A DNA stretch of 32,000 nt from Candidatus Babelota bacterium (lineage in GTDB: Bacteria > Babelota > Babeliae > Babelales > Vermiphilaceae): positions 390,001-422,000 of the forward strand of contig JBDHVY010000001.1 of NCBI GenBank assembly GCA_039809905.1, given 5' to 3'. Shown in pieces: positions 1 to 8,670 of the stretch. The notes under the pieces were generated by a model. It was not told the origin of the DNA. It saw only the letters and a list, made by a program, of their open reading frames with translations, and searched no databases. Made by a program: the position numbers and the translations under genes. Position 1 is the stretch's first letter. Each line of letters begins with the position of its first letter.

Positions 1-2051
1 CAAAAAAAATCGATCTTGAAAATCTCACCACTATTGATCCAGAAGAACTGAAAATAATAGCCAATAAAATTAAAAGCATTTACTTAGAAAAAGGCTATCA
101 CCAAACGGATATTGAAACTGCAATTGAAATCGATGATAACAATCGAGCTACTGCAATACTCACCGTTCACGAAGGAATTGCTGCAACAGTCAAACAAATA
201 CACTTTGTTGGCAATAATGCAATCAGCAGCAAAGAGCTGCGTGCTGTTGCACTTACTAAAGAAGATTGGCTTTTAGGTTTTTTAGATAAATCGGGTAATT
301 ATCATCCAGACCGTCTTGAAGGTGATAAGCATTTCATAGAACAATTTTATCAAAACAATGGGTTCCTTCACGCAAAGGTTGTTGATATTGATATCAATAT
401 CGATCCGATAACACAAAATATTATTTTGACATTCGAAATAGAAGAAGGGCATCAATATGTCATTGATAAAATAAGTGCACCAGGAACAGAAAATGTTTCT
501 GAACAGTATTTGCTTGCAATGTTACCAATTCGTCCTGGCATGTATTATTCCCGTGATGGCATTACTAATTCAATAAAGCGCCTTGAGCTTATTTGGGGTG
601 ATTATGGATATATTTTTGCTCACATAGAACCATCAATACAACCAAATGAAGAAACCAAAACAGTTTCCCTTTCGTTTTTTTCTGAATTAGGAGATCAAGT
701 ATACCTCAATAAAATTAATATTCGCGGCAATACAAAAACACGCGATAAAATTATTAGACGAAAAATTCTTCTTGATGAAGGAGAATTGATTACACAAAAC
801 AGGATGAATGCATCAAAACGCAATGTAGCATCTCTTGGCTATTTTGATCCACGCGATGGGGTTAACTGGAAAATTCGTCGTCTTAATAAAGAAGAAGCTG
901 ATCTTGATTTAATCGTCAAAGAAACAAAAACGGGTCATTTTGGCGCGCAATTAGGATTTGGTGGATCAGGAGCTGATTGGCAATCTCCTATTTCTGGTAT
1001 GTCAGTAAAAGTAGAAGCCTCTGATACCAATCTTTTTGGAAGTGGTGTTCATTTAAATGTTAGTACTACATATTCCAAAGATGAACAAACTGCTATTCTT
1101 CATATTGCCCAACCATGGCTTTTTGATAAACCAATTTTAGGCGCATTTGATATTTATCATAGACGACCTGTCTATGATGAGTTGCGACATGTCAGAACCG
1201 TGCATCAAAAACTTACTGGTGGATCAGTCACTTTCGGCTGTATCACGCAATCAAAAAATCAGTTGTTTCATGATGTTAATATTCTTGCCAGTTCCGGTGT
1301 TGAAGATATTAAATATGATCGCCGCCCATTAGCTGAACTTGGCAATCCGTTAGAACGCTTGCAATATCAAGCAATTTTAGACCAAGAATTTAAACCAGGC
1401 ACATTTGCATTTGTTTCAACAAAAATGGAACAAGATACCCGTAATCATCCTATTCATACCATGTGGGGTCATAAATGGAGATTTTCAACTAAATTTGCAA
1501 TACCAAGCTTTGGTAACAATATCGGCTTTTATAAAATAGAACTTGATGCAAGCTGGTTTACGCCACTTATCGCTGAATATGACCTTGTATTAAAACTACA
1601 CGCTTATTTTGGTGTTTCATCGCCATTTAAAAATAGAATTGTTCCTTTTGGTGATTTATTCCACATTGGTGGACAATCAAGCGTTCGTGGCTTTTTATTC
1701 GGACAAATTGGTCCAGAATTTTTAGGCGACACTATTGGTGGATCAAAAGCCTTCTTCTGGAACGCAGAACTTATTGCACCAATTACCGCAGATATGAATA
1801 TGAAAGCTGTCGTATTTTATGATGGCGGTACTGGTTTTGACAACCCATATGTTACCTGCGCGGATAAACCTTTTGTCTCAGGAAATAATTTTGATTATCG
1901 TCACTCAATTGGTATTGGTATAAGAGTATTACAACCAATGCCGGTGAATATTGACTGGGGCTTTAAAATAGATCCTCGTAAAAATAGATTGTTCCCTAAT
2001 AGAGGAGAATCTGCATCAGAAGTACATTTTGGCATGTCATATGATTGGTAA
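1..2051 (+). CDS. bamA: BamA/Omp85-family outer membrane assembly factor, 5' truncated by the window edge
   Basis: The frame of ORF 426..2051 is open upstream to about nt 3 (KKIDLENLTTIDPEELKIIANKIKSIYLEKGYHQTDIETAIEID...), so M426 is internal. POTRA-like repeats (IRGNTKTRDKIIRRKILLDEGEL), then a 16-stranded-type barrel with VRGF (SSVRGFLFGQIGPE) and C-terminal aromatic W. Confidence 0.93.
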   Translation, partial: KKIDLENLTTIDPEELKIIANKIKSIYLEKGYHQTDIETAIEIDDNNRATAILTVHEGIAATVKQIHFVGNNAISSKELRAVALTKEDWLLGFLDKSGNYHPDRLEGDKHFIEQFYQNNGFLHAKVVDIDINIDPITQNIILTFEIEEGHQYVIDKISAPGTENVSEQYLLAMLPIRPGMYYSRDGITNSIKRLELIWGDYGYIFAHIEPSIQPNEETKTVSLSFFSELGDQVYLNKINIRGNTKTRDKIIRRKILLDEGELITQNRMNASKRNVASLGYFDPRDGVNWKIRRLNKEEADLDLIVKETKTGHFGAQLGFGGSGADWQSPISGMSVKVEASDTNLFGSGVHLNVSTTYSKDEQTAILHIAQPWLFDKPILGAFDIYHRRPVYDELRHVRTVHQKLTGGSVTFGCITQSKNQLFHDVNILASSGVEDIKYDRRPLAELGNPLERLQYQAILDQEFKPGTFAFVSTKMEQDTRNHPIHTMWGHKWRFSTKFAIPSFGNNIGFYKIELDASWFTPLIAEYDLVLKLHAYFGVSSPFKNRIVPFGDLFHIGGQSSVRGFLFGQIGPEFLGDTIGGSKAFFWNAELIAPITADMNMKAVVFYDGGTGFDNPYVTCADKPFVSGNNFDYRHSIGIGIRVLQPMPVNIDWGFKIDPRKNRLFPNRGESASEVHFGMSYDW

Positions 2052-2125
2052 CAAGAATAACCTTGCCGTAGCTATGTAAACAAAAACTCCTTAAGTTATC
2101 ACTCATAAAACTGCTTATTCCATGA

Positions 2126-2152
2126 AAGCAAGCCTTACCAGCTTGCTTCTTT
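2126..2152 (+). terminator. Rho-independent-like terminator after bamA
   Basis: Perfect 8-bp stem AAGCAAGC (2126-2133) / GCTTGCTT (2141-2148), 7-nt loop, followed by CTTTT. Confidence 0.55.
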
Positions 2153-2184
2153 TGCTAGAACTGCAAAACCCATTCTTAAATTAT

Positions 2185-2212
2185 TTGACTTATTTTCTAT
2201 TTGTTATATTAT
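2185..2212 (+). promoter_or_regulatory. Possible sigma70-type promoter upstream of ORF 2256
   Basis: TTGACT (2185-2190), N16, TATTAT (2207-2212), about 43 nt before the ATG. Confidence 0.45.
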
Positions 2213-2255
2213 GGTTGATAATAGCTTAGAATAAAGTTTTACATAGGAATATTTC

Positions 2256-2849
2256 ATGAATATCAAACATATATCACTATTTTCACTGTTATGCACTAGT
2301 GCAATAACTGCTGATACAAACACTATTACACAAGAATTGAATGCTGCAAAAAAAGCATTTGCTGAATGCCAAAATTCAAAATTTCGTTTCAATTGCAATA
2401 CTGAAAAAGAAAGATTTAAACAAGCTAAAAACGTATTTTTACTTCCCCATCAAGAAAATATTAATAATGCAGAAAAAGCAAGCAAAGAGCTCGGCTCAAT
2501 CATTCATAATCATAAAGACCTAATTAACACACCAGTAATAGGTACTATCTATTTTGGATATTTAAATCATAAATATGTTCCTACAATATTGAAAGGTTAC
2601 AGCTCAAAAGCGGTAAAAGATATCGTTGATAGCTCTTCATATTATGAAAAATCAGATACTATCATTCAAGAAACTCTTTCTAAAGAACCAGAAAAATACA
2701 CCACAGTAAATCTCAACCAGTCCATATTCCTTCGAGGTGGTTATAGTGGTTATACCCTTTCTTGCAATGCATCCGAGGTTAAAGCAGCTAATAATGAGAT
2801 ATTGGATTTAATCAAAAAACAATCTGAGACTCCTTTCATTAAATTATAA
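2256..2849 (+). CDS. Secreted hypothetical protein, 197 aa
   Basis: Complete ORF with an N-terminal signal-like segment (MNIKHISLFSLLCTSAITA). No recognised family. Confidence 0.65.
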   Translation: MNIKHISLFSLLCTSAITADTNTITQELNAAKKAFAECQNSKFRFNCNTEKERFKQAKNVFLLPHQENINNAEKASKELGSIIHNHKDLINTPVIGTIYFGYLNHKYVPTILKGYSSKAVKDIVDSSSYYEKSDTIIQETLSKEPEKYTTVNLNQSIFLRGGYSGYTLSCNASEVKAANNEILDLIKKQSETPFIKL

Positions 2850-2875
2850 TCAGAACTATAAAGTTTCTATAAAAT

Positions 2876-2911
2876 CCCTGTGTTAGCAAAAAGCTACATG
2901 GGGACTTTTTT
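2876..2911 (+). terminator. Rho-independent-like terminator
   Basis: Imperfect stem CCCTGTGTTAGC (2876-2887) / GCTACATGGGG (2893-2903), then A-C-T-rich run ACTTTTTTT. Confidence 0.6.
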
Positions 2912-2981
2912 TATGGTATAACATTGCTTATTGCTTTGTAATGTAACTAAACTGATGCAAACATTAAGTCTGTGAGGTTAC

Positions 2982-3248
2982 ATGAAAAAAAATTATTTTA
3001 TTACGACCTTTATCACCGCTCACATTATTCTTATTGTGCTACAAATACATAAGCACACATTGTTTATAAAAAATAGTTATAGTCAACAACAATATGAAAA
3101 AAAACTTGTTGCGCTGACAGAAAAAAAGCAAGCCTTAACTCAAGAATTATATGCATTAAAAGATCGTGAAAATATTAAAAAATATGCGCAAACAAAATTG
3201 AATATGCATCCTTATGCGCTTAATCAAGTAAAAAAGTTGGATGTATGA
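2982..3248 (+). CDS. ftsL: FtsL-like bitopic division protein
   Basis: 88 aa: short N-terminus, one TM helix, coiled-coil-like segment, FtsL/DivIC-like tail (LKDRENIKKYAQTKLNMHP). Overlaps the PBP start by ATGA (3245-3248). Confidence 0.7.
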   Translation: MKKNYFITTFITAHIILIVLQIHKHTLFIKNSYSQQQYEKKLVALTEKKQALTQELYALKDRENIKKYAQTKLNMHPYALNQVKKLDV

Positions 3249-4903
3249 TACAAAGCTTTAAGTTTCGTTCTACCATCATTTTTTTCTTCTTTATTATATG
3301 CTATGGCATTGTTGGCATTAATTTATACGTGATTCAGATTAAACATCATGCTTTTTATAAAAAACTTGCACAGCAACAGTATCATGTAACTATTACTCAA
3401 ACACCTGCTCGAGGACCAATTTTTGATAGAACTGGCTGCCATTATTTTGCAATGAATAAAGATTATATTGCAGCATTTCTTTTACCAAATCAGTTAACAG
3501 ATAAAGATAAAACTTTAGATTTTCTGAACATACATTTTCCTCATGCAGCTCAACGTTTTAAACAGAACAAAGATAAACATTTTATGTTTGTTAAACGCAG
3601 ACTTTCTGCGCAAGAAATTGAAACAATTAAAGCAGCAGATAATCCTGATATTTTCATTCTCACTGAACCGGGAAGATATTATCCACTTGCATGCGCAAGC
3701 CAAATTATCGGCTTAACTAATATCGATAATAAAGGATTATTGGGTCTGGAATTGCTCTATAATCACACACTTGCAGGAAATAAAACCACCTGTCATTTAG
3801 AAAAAGATGCTCGTTCGGGATATTATTATTTTAAAAAAGAAACAACCATTCAAGGCAACACAAGTAACCCTCTTCATTTAACTATAGATGCTGATTTACA
3901 GTTTTTAGTGCAAACTGCTATTCAAAAAACCATTGATACATTAAGGGCTCAAGAAGCTGCAGTGCTCATCATGAATCCTCAAAATGGTGAGATTCTTGCT
4001 ATGGTTTCATATCCTTATTTTGATCCCAATAACGCAAGCACATCGAATCCTGAAAATTTCAAAAATCGTATCATCACTAATGCTTATGAACTTGGCTCTG
4101 TTATGAAGGTATATGCAGCTCTTGCTGCGCTAGAAGAAGGGGTCGTAACATCAGATGAATTAATTGATTGTCAAAATACACTTACCACACATATCGATGG
4201 TCGCATTATTAATACCGTACAAGCACATGGCATTATTCCATTTACTGATGTGATTGCATTATCGAACAATATTGGTATTGCAATTGTTGCAAAACGATTA
4301 GGCACACGACTCTATGATTACTACAAACAATTAGGATTTGGGTGCAAAACAGGAATTAAATTTCCTGGAGAAAATGTGGGATTTGTTAATCCCCCTGAAA
4401 AATGGTCAAAACAATCTATTATTTCTCTTTCTTATGGTTATGAAATTTCAACAACCATTTTACAACTTGCATGCGCTATGTCTATCATTGCAACAGGTTA
4501 TAAAGTGGTACCAACATTAATTAAGGATAACAACCCAGACGTTTGTTTCCTTCAACAAGCTGAGGACGAACGGAAAGAAAAATTATTCTCCGATGCCGCG
4601 CGCAACACCATAAAAGAAATATTAGAAAAAACCACCCAATATGGAACAGCTCGTAGAGCACGCATCAAAGGGTATCGGATCATGAGCAAAACGGGAACAG
4701 CAAACATGTTGATTGATGGTCAATACAATACCGAAAAAAATCTATATACCTGTGCAGGTATTGTTGAAAAAAATGATTATCAACGAGTTATTATTACCTT
4801 TGTTAAAGAAGTTGATAAAAAAAATGTTTTCGCATCAACTGTTGCCGTTCCTTTATTTGAATCTATTGCAGAGCGTATGCTTATTCATGAAAAAATAATT
4901 TAG
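3245..4903 (+). CDS. ftsI: Peptidoglycan D,D-transpeptidase, FtsI/PBP3-type class B PBP
   Basis: N-terminal TM, PBP dimer motif (RGPIFDRTG), catalytic SxxK (GSVMK), SxN (SNN), KTG (MSKTGTANM). Confidence 0.95.
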   Translation: MIQSFKFRSTIIFFFFIICYGIVGINLYVIQIKHHAFYKKLAQQQYHVTITQTPARGPIFDRTGCHYFAMNKDYIAAFLLPNQLTDKDKTLDFLNIHFPHAAQRFKQNKDKHFMFVKRRLSAQEIETIKAADNPDIFILTEPGRYYPLACASQIIGLTNIDNKGLLGLELLYNHTLAGNKTTCHLEKDARSGYYYFKKETTIQGNTSNPLHLTIDADLQFLVQTAIQKTIDTLRAQEAAVLIMNPQNGEILAMVSYPYFDPNNASTSNPENFKNRIITNAYELGSVMKVYAALAALEEGVVTSDELIDCQNTLTTHIDGRIINTVQAHGIIPFTDVIALSNNIGIAIVAKRLGTRLYDYYKQLGFGCKTGIKFPGENVGFVNPPEKWSKQSIISLSYGYEISTTILQLACAMSIIATGYKVVPTLIKDNNPDVCFLQQAEDERKEKLFSDAARNTIKEILEKTTQYGTARRARIKGYRIMSKTGTANMLIDGQYNTEKNLYTCAGIVEKNDYQRVIITFVKEVDKKNVFASTVAVPLFESIAERMLIHEKII

Positions 4904-4969
4904 ATAACCCATCACTCAACTTGTTTCGTGACGGGTACCCAATAGGTTGAACTATAAAAGGAGAAAGCT

Positions 4970-5890
4970 ATGCATAATGAAAATCATGCATTTGTTCCTG
5001 CAGATGTTCCAGAAAAAAAACGTGATATTTTTATCAAAAATTATCATGCAATTACCCGAAACACCAATCATCTTTTTTTGTTCTCATGTGATCATAAAAT
5101 AGAACATCTTAATAATGATTTTTATGGAGCAACAATTAATTCACAAGCGCTGCATCCAGAACATCTCTTTCGCATTGCATCACAAGGAACTATTGGAGCA
5201 ATGGCAACACATTTAGGATTATTAGCTCGATATGCAAAACAATATCCAAACGTTAACTATATCGCCAAACTTAATGGCAGAACACATTTAGTTTCTTGTG
5301 AGCAACAAGATCCCAAAAGCTTGCTGTTGTGGACAGTTGACGATGTCATTTCTTTTAAAGAAGAAAACAAACTCATGATTAATGGCATTGGCATCACCGT
5401 TTATCTTGGTAGCGAATATGAATCAGAGCATCTTTTTCAAGCAGCTCAAGCAATAACACAAGCGCATAAAGCAGGATTGGTTACTATTGTCTGGATGTAT
5501 CCGCGCGGCAAAGCAATATGTCAGGAAAACAATCCCCAATTAATTGCAGGAGCTGCTGGTATTGCACTTTCACTCGGTGCTGATTTTGTGAAAATAAAAA
5601 TGCCTGATGCAACAAACATGGTTTCTAGTACACAAGCTCTTAAAATTGCATCTGCTGCTGCAGGGAATACAAAAATAATTTATTCAGGCGGAGAAATGAT
5701 TAATGCACAAGATTTATTATCTCAGCTTTATGAAAACATTCACCATGCTGATGTAGCTGGTATAGCAGCAGGAAGAAATATTTTTCAACGATCTCTTGCT
5801 GAAAGCATTATTCTTACTCAAGCAATTTCTGCAATTATTTATGACAATGTTGATCTTAAAGTTGCTATTGCTCACCTTAACCAATTATAG
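4970..5890 (+). CDS. DhnA-type class I fructose-bisphosphate aldolase (LsrF/DhnA family)
   Basis: FLFSCDHKIEHLN near the N-terminus, TIVWMYPRG, GADFVKIKMPD (Schiff-base Lys-type strand), GGEM, HADVAGIAAGRNIFQR. RBS AAGGAGAAAG upstream. Confidence 0.8.
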   Translation: MHNENHAFVPADVPEKKRDIFIKNYHAITRNTNHLFLFSCDHKIEHLNNDFYGATINSQALHPEHLFRIASQGTIGAMATHLGLLARYAKQYPNVNYIAKLNGRTHLVSCEQQDPKSLLLWTVDDVISFKEENKLMINGIGITVYLGSEYESEHLFQAAQAITQAHKAGLVTIVWMYPRGKAICQENNPQLIAGAAGIALSLGADFVKIKMPDATNMVSSTQALKIASAAAGNTKIIYSGGEMINAQDLLSQLYENIHHADVAGIAAGRNIFQRSLAESIILTQAISAIIYDNVDLKVAIAHLNQL

Positions 5891-6011
5891 CGAGCTTGGT
5901 TTGATCAAACCGATGTTTTATACTCTTTGCGCTCGCCTTGAACTTGTTGAAAGGTTTCTTTCGAGCGCTCTTTACGCGCTTAATTCTTCAACAAGTTCAG
6001 AATGAGCTCAT
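5891..6011. repeat. Palindrome-dense intergenic element
   Basis: Perfect palindrome GGTTTGATCAAACC (5898-5911); 13-bp perfect inverted repeat TGAACTTGTTGAA (5939-5951) / TTCAACAAGTTCA (5987-5999); GAGCGCTC (5963-5970); ATGAGCTCAT (6002-6011). Confidence 0.6.
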
Positions 6012-6116
6012 GGGATTACTTTAGATATTGATACTATACATGAAATAAAAGGATAAAAATGATCTTGAATTTATGGTAATCCTGTCTTAAGATAAGAACA
6101 AAAAAGGATATCGTGA

Positions 6117-7604
6117 ATGAAAAAACATCTCGCGCTTTTGTCTATTTTATGCATAATCTCTAACATATACGCCAAACGCGAGGTTTTTTCTCGCTCTTTT
6201 ATGTACACCAAACCAGCATTTTATGATGTTGTCATGGAACAAGCACTATGGCATGATGTTGAATTTAACAAACAGGGTACCGTAAAATGTGGCCTACAAG
6301 TTATCCCTTTTGTTCAACACTCTATATCATTAGAAAAAAATACACGCTATTTTTTAATGAATGGTAAAACTGAATTACTTGTTTCAGGCGATGCCAATAA
6401 AGATGATTTAGAAATAAGAGATATTCGTGCTGAGTGGGTTAATTTACCCAGTAATTTTCGTGGATTTTTATCAGTAAATCCAAAACAAAAACAAGAAGGT
6501 TGTTTACTTGAATACAATCAAGACTTTGTAGGTTTTGCTGATGTGCGATTCTTGCGTGATATGTATATTAAAATACTTATGCCAGTAAGCGTAGTAAAAA
6601 ATAATATACATCTGACAGAATGCAATGTAAGCAATCCAAACACCACATTCCCTCAAAGCATTATCCAGGCTTTTAATCAACCTTCATGGCAATTTAGTCG
6701 TATAGAGAATTGTCAAAAGAAAAAAGTCGGCGTTTCTGAACTGACCATAAAAGTGGGAACATATTACACATCAGAAGATTTTTTTCAGCTTAATTATTAT
6801 AGTGTTCTTGCTATTCCTACTGGCAATAAACAAAATGGTGAAACAATGTTTCAGCCAGTTAATGGTAACAATCATCATTTGGGAATTGGAGCAGGAATAC
6901 AAATTCAAGCACCTCTCAACAGAGATACAACCCGTTTTGCATGGTGCGGATTTATTGATCTTGAATCGGTTATTTTGATCAGAAATAAACAATATAGAAC
7001 GTATGATCTTTTCAATAAACCGTGGAGTCGATTTCTTTTAATGAACGTTGTGGGTACTCAGCAAAATGTTAATCAACCGGGTGTTAATTACATGACACAA
7101 CGCATCACGGCAAAACCATTTAATGTTACTGATTTTGCTCTGGGATGGAGATTGCATTCTGCATGGTTAGAAGCTGAAATTGGATATGGTATTTGGGGAC
7201 ATCCTAATGAAAGAACAAATTTAAAGCAACCATCGCCTACGCGTATTTTTGGCATCACTACTGATACACCAACTCAAACACCTCAAACTCCTGTGTTAAC
7301 CGATCAACCTATTGCTTTTGGTATTGCCGGTAGTGCGCCAGGAAAGACAGCCAGCCGAAGTACCATTGCCTTTAAAGCTCCTGATGATCTTGAATTTGTA
7401 CCAATACAAACATGTGATCTCGACCCTCAATCTGGTGAGAGCTATGGTGGATTTACCCAACGAGCATTCGGCAGTATTGGATGGATCAATAGAGGAATTA
7501 CCCATGATACTGTTCTAGGATTTGGCTGGTCAGTTGATGTTCCTTTTCACAATTCTTTGTTACAACTGTGGAAAATATGGGTAAAATTGGGGGCTACTTT
7601 TTAA
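6117..7604 (+). CDS. Secreted/outer-membrane hypothetical protein, 495 aa, possible beta-barrel
   Basis: Signal peptide (MKKHLALLSILCIISNIYA), alternating strand-like segments (TDFALGWRLHSAWLEAEIGYGIWG; TVLGFGWSVDVPF) and C-terminal Phe (WVKLGATF*). Confidence 0.6.
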   Translation: MKKHLALLSILCIISNIYAKREVFSRSFMYTKPAFYDVVMEQALWHDVEFNKQGTVKCGLQVIPFVQHSISLEKNTRYFLMNGKTELLVSGDANKDDLEIRDIRAEWVNLPSNFRGFLSVNPKQKQEGCLLEYNQDFVGFADVRFLRDMYIKILMPVSVVKNNIHLTECNVSNPNTTFPQSIIQAFNQPSWQFSRIENCQKKKVGVSELTIKVGTYYTSEDFFQLNYYSVLAIPTGNKQNGETMFQPVNGNNHHLGIGAGIQIQAPLNRDTTRFAWCGFIDLESVILIRNKQYRTYDLFNKPWSRFLLMNVVGTQQNVNQPGVNYMTQRITAKPFNVTDFALGWRLHSAWLEAEIGYGIWGHPNERTNLKQPSPTRIFGITTDTPTQTPQTPVLTDQPIAFGIAGSAPGKTASRSTIAFKAPDDLEFVPIQTCDLDPQSGESYGGFTQRAFGSIGWINRGITHDTVLGFGWSVDVPFHNSLLQLWKIWVKLGATF

Positions 7605-7662
7605 AACATATAACTTCCTTGCGAATGATTTTTTATTCTGTTAAGCTATTGATGTTTAATTG

Positions 7663-7721
7663 TTTATTTGGCCAGTAAACAATGTGAGTTATTTGTTTTA
7701 TTTTTTATTAAAGTGATGTTT
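7663..7721 (+). promoter_or_regulatory. Conserved 5' leader of first RRM gene
   Basis: TTTATTTGGCCAGTAAA... begins exactly 59 nt before the ATG, mirrored by the second RRM gene leader (8167-8225). Confidence 0.6.
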
Positions 7722-8048
7722 ATGAACATTTATGTTGGAAATCTTCCTTACTCAGCTACAGAAAATTCTTTAAGAGACCTTTTTGAAGGTTACGGACAAG
7801 TAACAACTGCTAAAATCGTTACTGACAAATTCACTGGTTCATCCCGTGGTTTTGGTTTTATCGAAATGCCAAATGCTGACGAAGCTCAAAAAGCTATCGA
7901 TGAACTTAATGGTAAAGATTTTGAAGGACGTAAAATAGTTGTTAACGAATCTCGTCCACGCGAAACAACTGGTCCAAACAACCGCGCGCCTCGTCGTGAT
8001 GGTGGATACAATGGTGGTCGTGATGGTGGAAGAAATTCTCGCTACTAA
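7722..8048 (+). CDS. Single-RRM glycine-rich RNA-binding protein (Rbp-like), copy 1
   Basis: RNP-2 IYVGNLPYS, RNP-1 RGFGFIEM, Gly/Arg-rich tail. Start set to ATG 7722 (MNIYVGN) rather than 7668 by comparison with copy 2. Confidence 0.92.
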   Translation: MNIYVGNLPYSATENSLRDLFEGYGQVTTAKIVTDKFTGSSRGFGFIEMPNADEAQKAIDELNGKDFEGRKIVVNESRPRETTGPNNRAPRRDGGYNGGRDGGRNSRY

Positions 8049-8076
8049 GACTATTTGTATTTAATTTGAAAAACAG

Positions 8077-8112
8077 AAGGGAATTCTATTACGATAGGAT
8101 TCCCTTTTTATA
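8077..8112 (+). terminator. Rho-independent terminator
   Basis: 13-bp stem with one G-U: AAGGGAATTCTAT (8077-8089) / ATAGGATTCCCTT (8094-8106), loop TACG, then T-run. Confidence 0.88.
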
Positions 8113-8166
8113 AACAAAAGCTTGCCGAGCATATTTTGTTTTGGTACACTGTAATAGTAATAAATA

Positions 8167-8225
8167 TTTATTTGGCCAATAAATACTATCGTTAATTGTT
8201 TTATTTTTACTAGAGTGATTTTTAT
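8167..8225 (+). promoter_or_regulatory. Conserved 5' leader of second RRM gene
   Basis: TTTATTTGGCCAATAAAT... at the same 59-nt distance from the ATG as in copy 1, with GTTAATTGTTTTATTTTTACTAGAGTGAT matching GTTATTTGTTTTATTTTTTATTAAAGTGAT. Confidence 0.6.
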
Positions 8226-8552
8226 ATGAATATTTATCTCGGAAATCTTTCCTACTCAGCAACAGAAGCTTCAATCAAAGAACTTTTCGAAGTTTATGGA
8301 GAAGTAACAACTGCTAAAATCGTTACTGACAAATTCACTGGTTCATCCCGTGGTTTTGGTTTTGTTGAAATGACAAACGATGCGGAAGCTCAAAAAGCTA
8401 TCGCTGAACTTAATGGCAAAGAATTTCAAGGCCGTAAAATGGTCGTAAATGAATCTCGTCCACGCGAAACAACTGGTTCAAACAACCGTGCGCCTCGTCG
8501 TGAAGGTGGTTACAGTAACAACCGTGATGGTGGAAGAAATTTCCGTTACTAA
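8226..8552 (+). CDS. Single-RRM glycine-rich RNA-binding protein, copy 2 (tandem paralog)
   Basis: RNP-2 IYLGNLSYS, RNP-1 RGFGFVEM. Near-identical nucleotide blocks with copy 1 (e.g. ACAACTGCTAAAATCGTTACTGACAAATTCACTGGTTCATCCCGTGGTTTTGGTTT). Confidence 0.92.
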   Translation: MNIYLGNLSYSATEASIKELFEVYGEVTTAKIVTDKFTGSSRGFGFVEMTNDAEAQKAIAELNGKEFQGRKMVVNESRPRETTGSNNRAPRREGGYSNNRDGGRNFRY

Positions 8553-8568
8553 TTTAGAAACTGTTTGT

Positions 8569-8612
8569 AAAGAGACCGGTGTATGACAATCATACATCGG
8601 TCTCTTTTTTTT
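8569..8612 (+). terminator. Rho-independent terminator
   Basis: 17-bp stem with one G-U: AAAGAGACCGGTGTATG (8569-8585) / CATACATCGGTCTCTTT (8591-8607), followed by T-run. Confidence 0.92.
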
Positions 8613-8670
8613 CTTGACTTAGGCCATAAGCTCTTTTTACTCTATGCATAGCACATTATAAAATGTAAAA

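Noticed and set aside
4918-4951. Weak hairpin TCAACTTGT...ATAGGTTGA after ftsI
   Set aside because: Requires wobble pairs, has a long irregular interior and no T-run; not convincing as a terminator.
5796-6005. 69-aa ORF overlapping the aldolase end and the palindromic region
   Set aside because: Out of frame with the aldolase and covers the inverted-repeat element; composition is not protein-like.
7668-7721. N-terminal extension of the first RRM protein (MASKQCELFVLFFIKVMF)
   Set aside because: It corresponds to the conserved leader shared with the second RRM gene, where no equivalent extension is annotated; ATG 7722 matches the paralog start.
8089-8274. Minus-strand ORF between the RRM genes
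   Set aside because: Spans a terminator and leader, short, no family signal.
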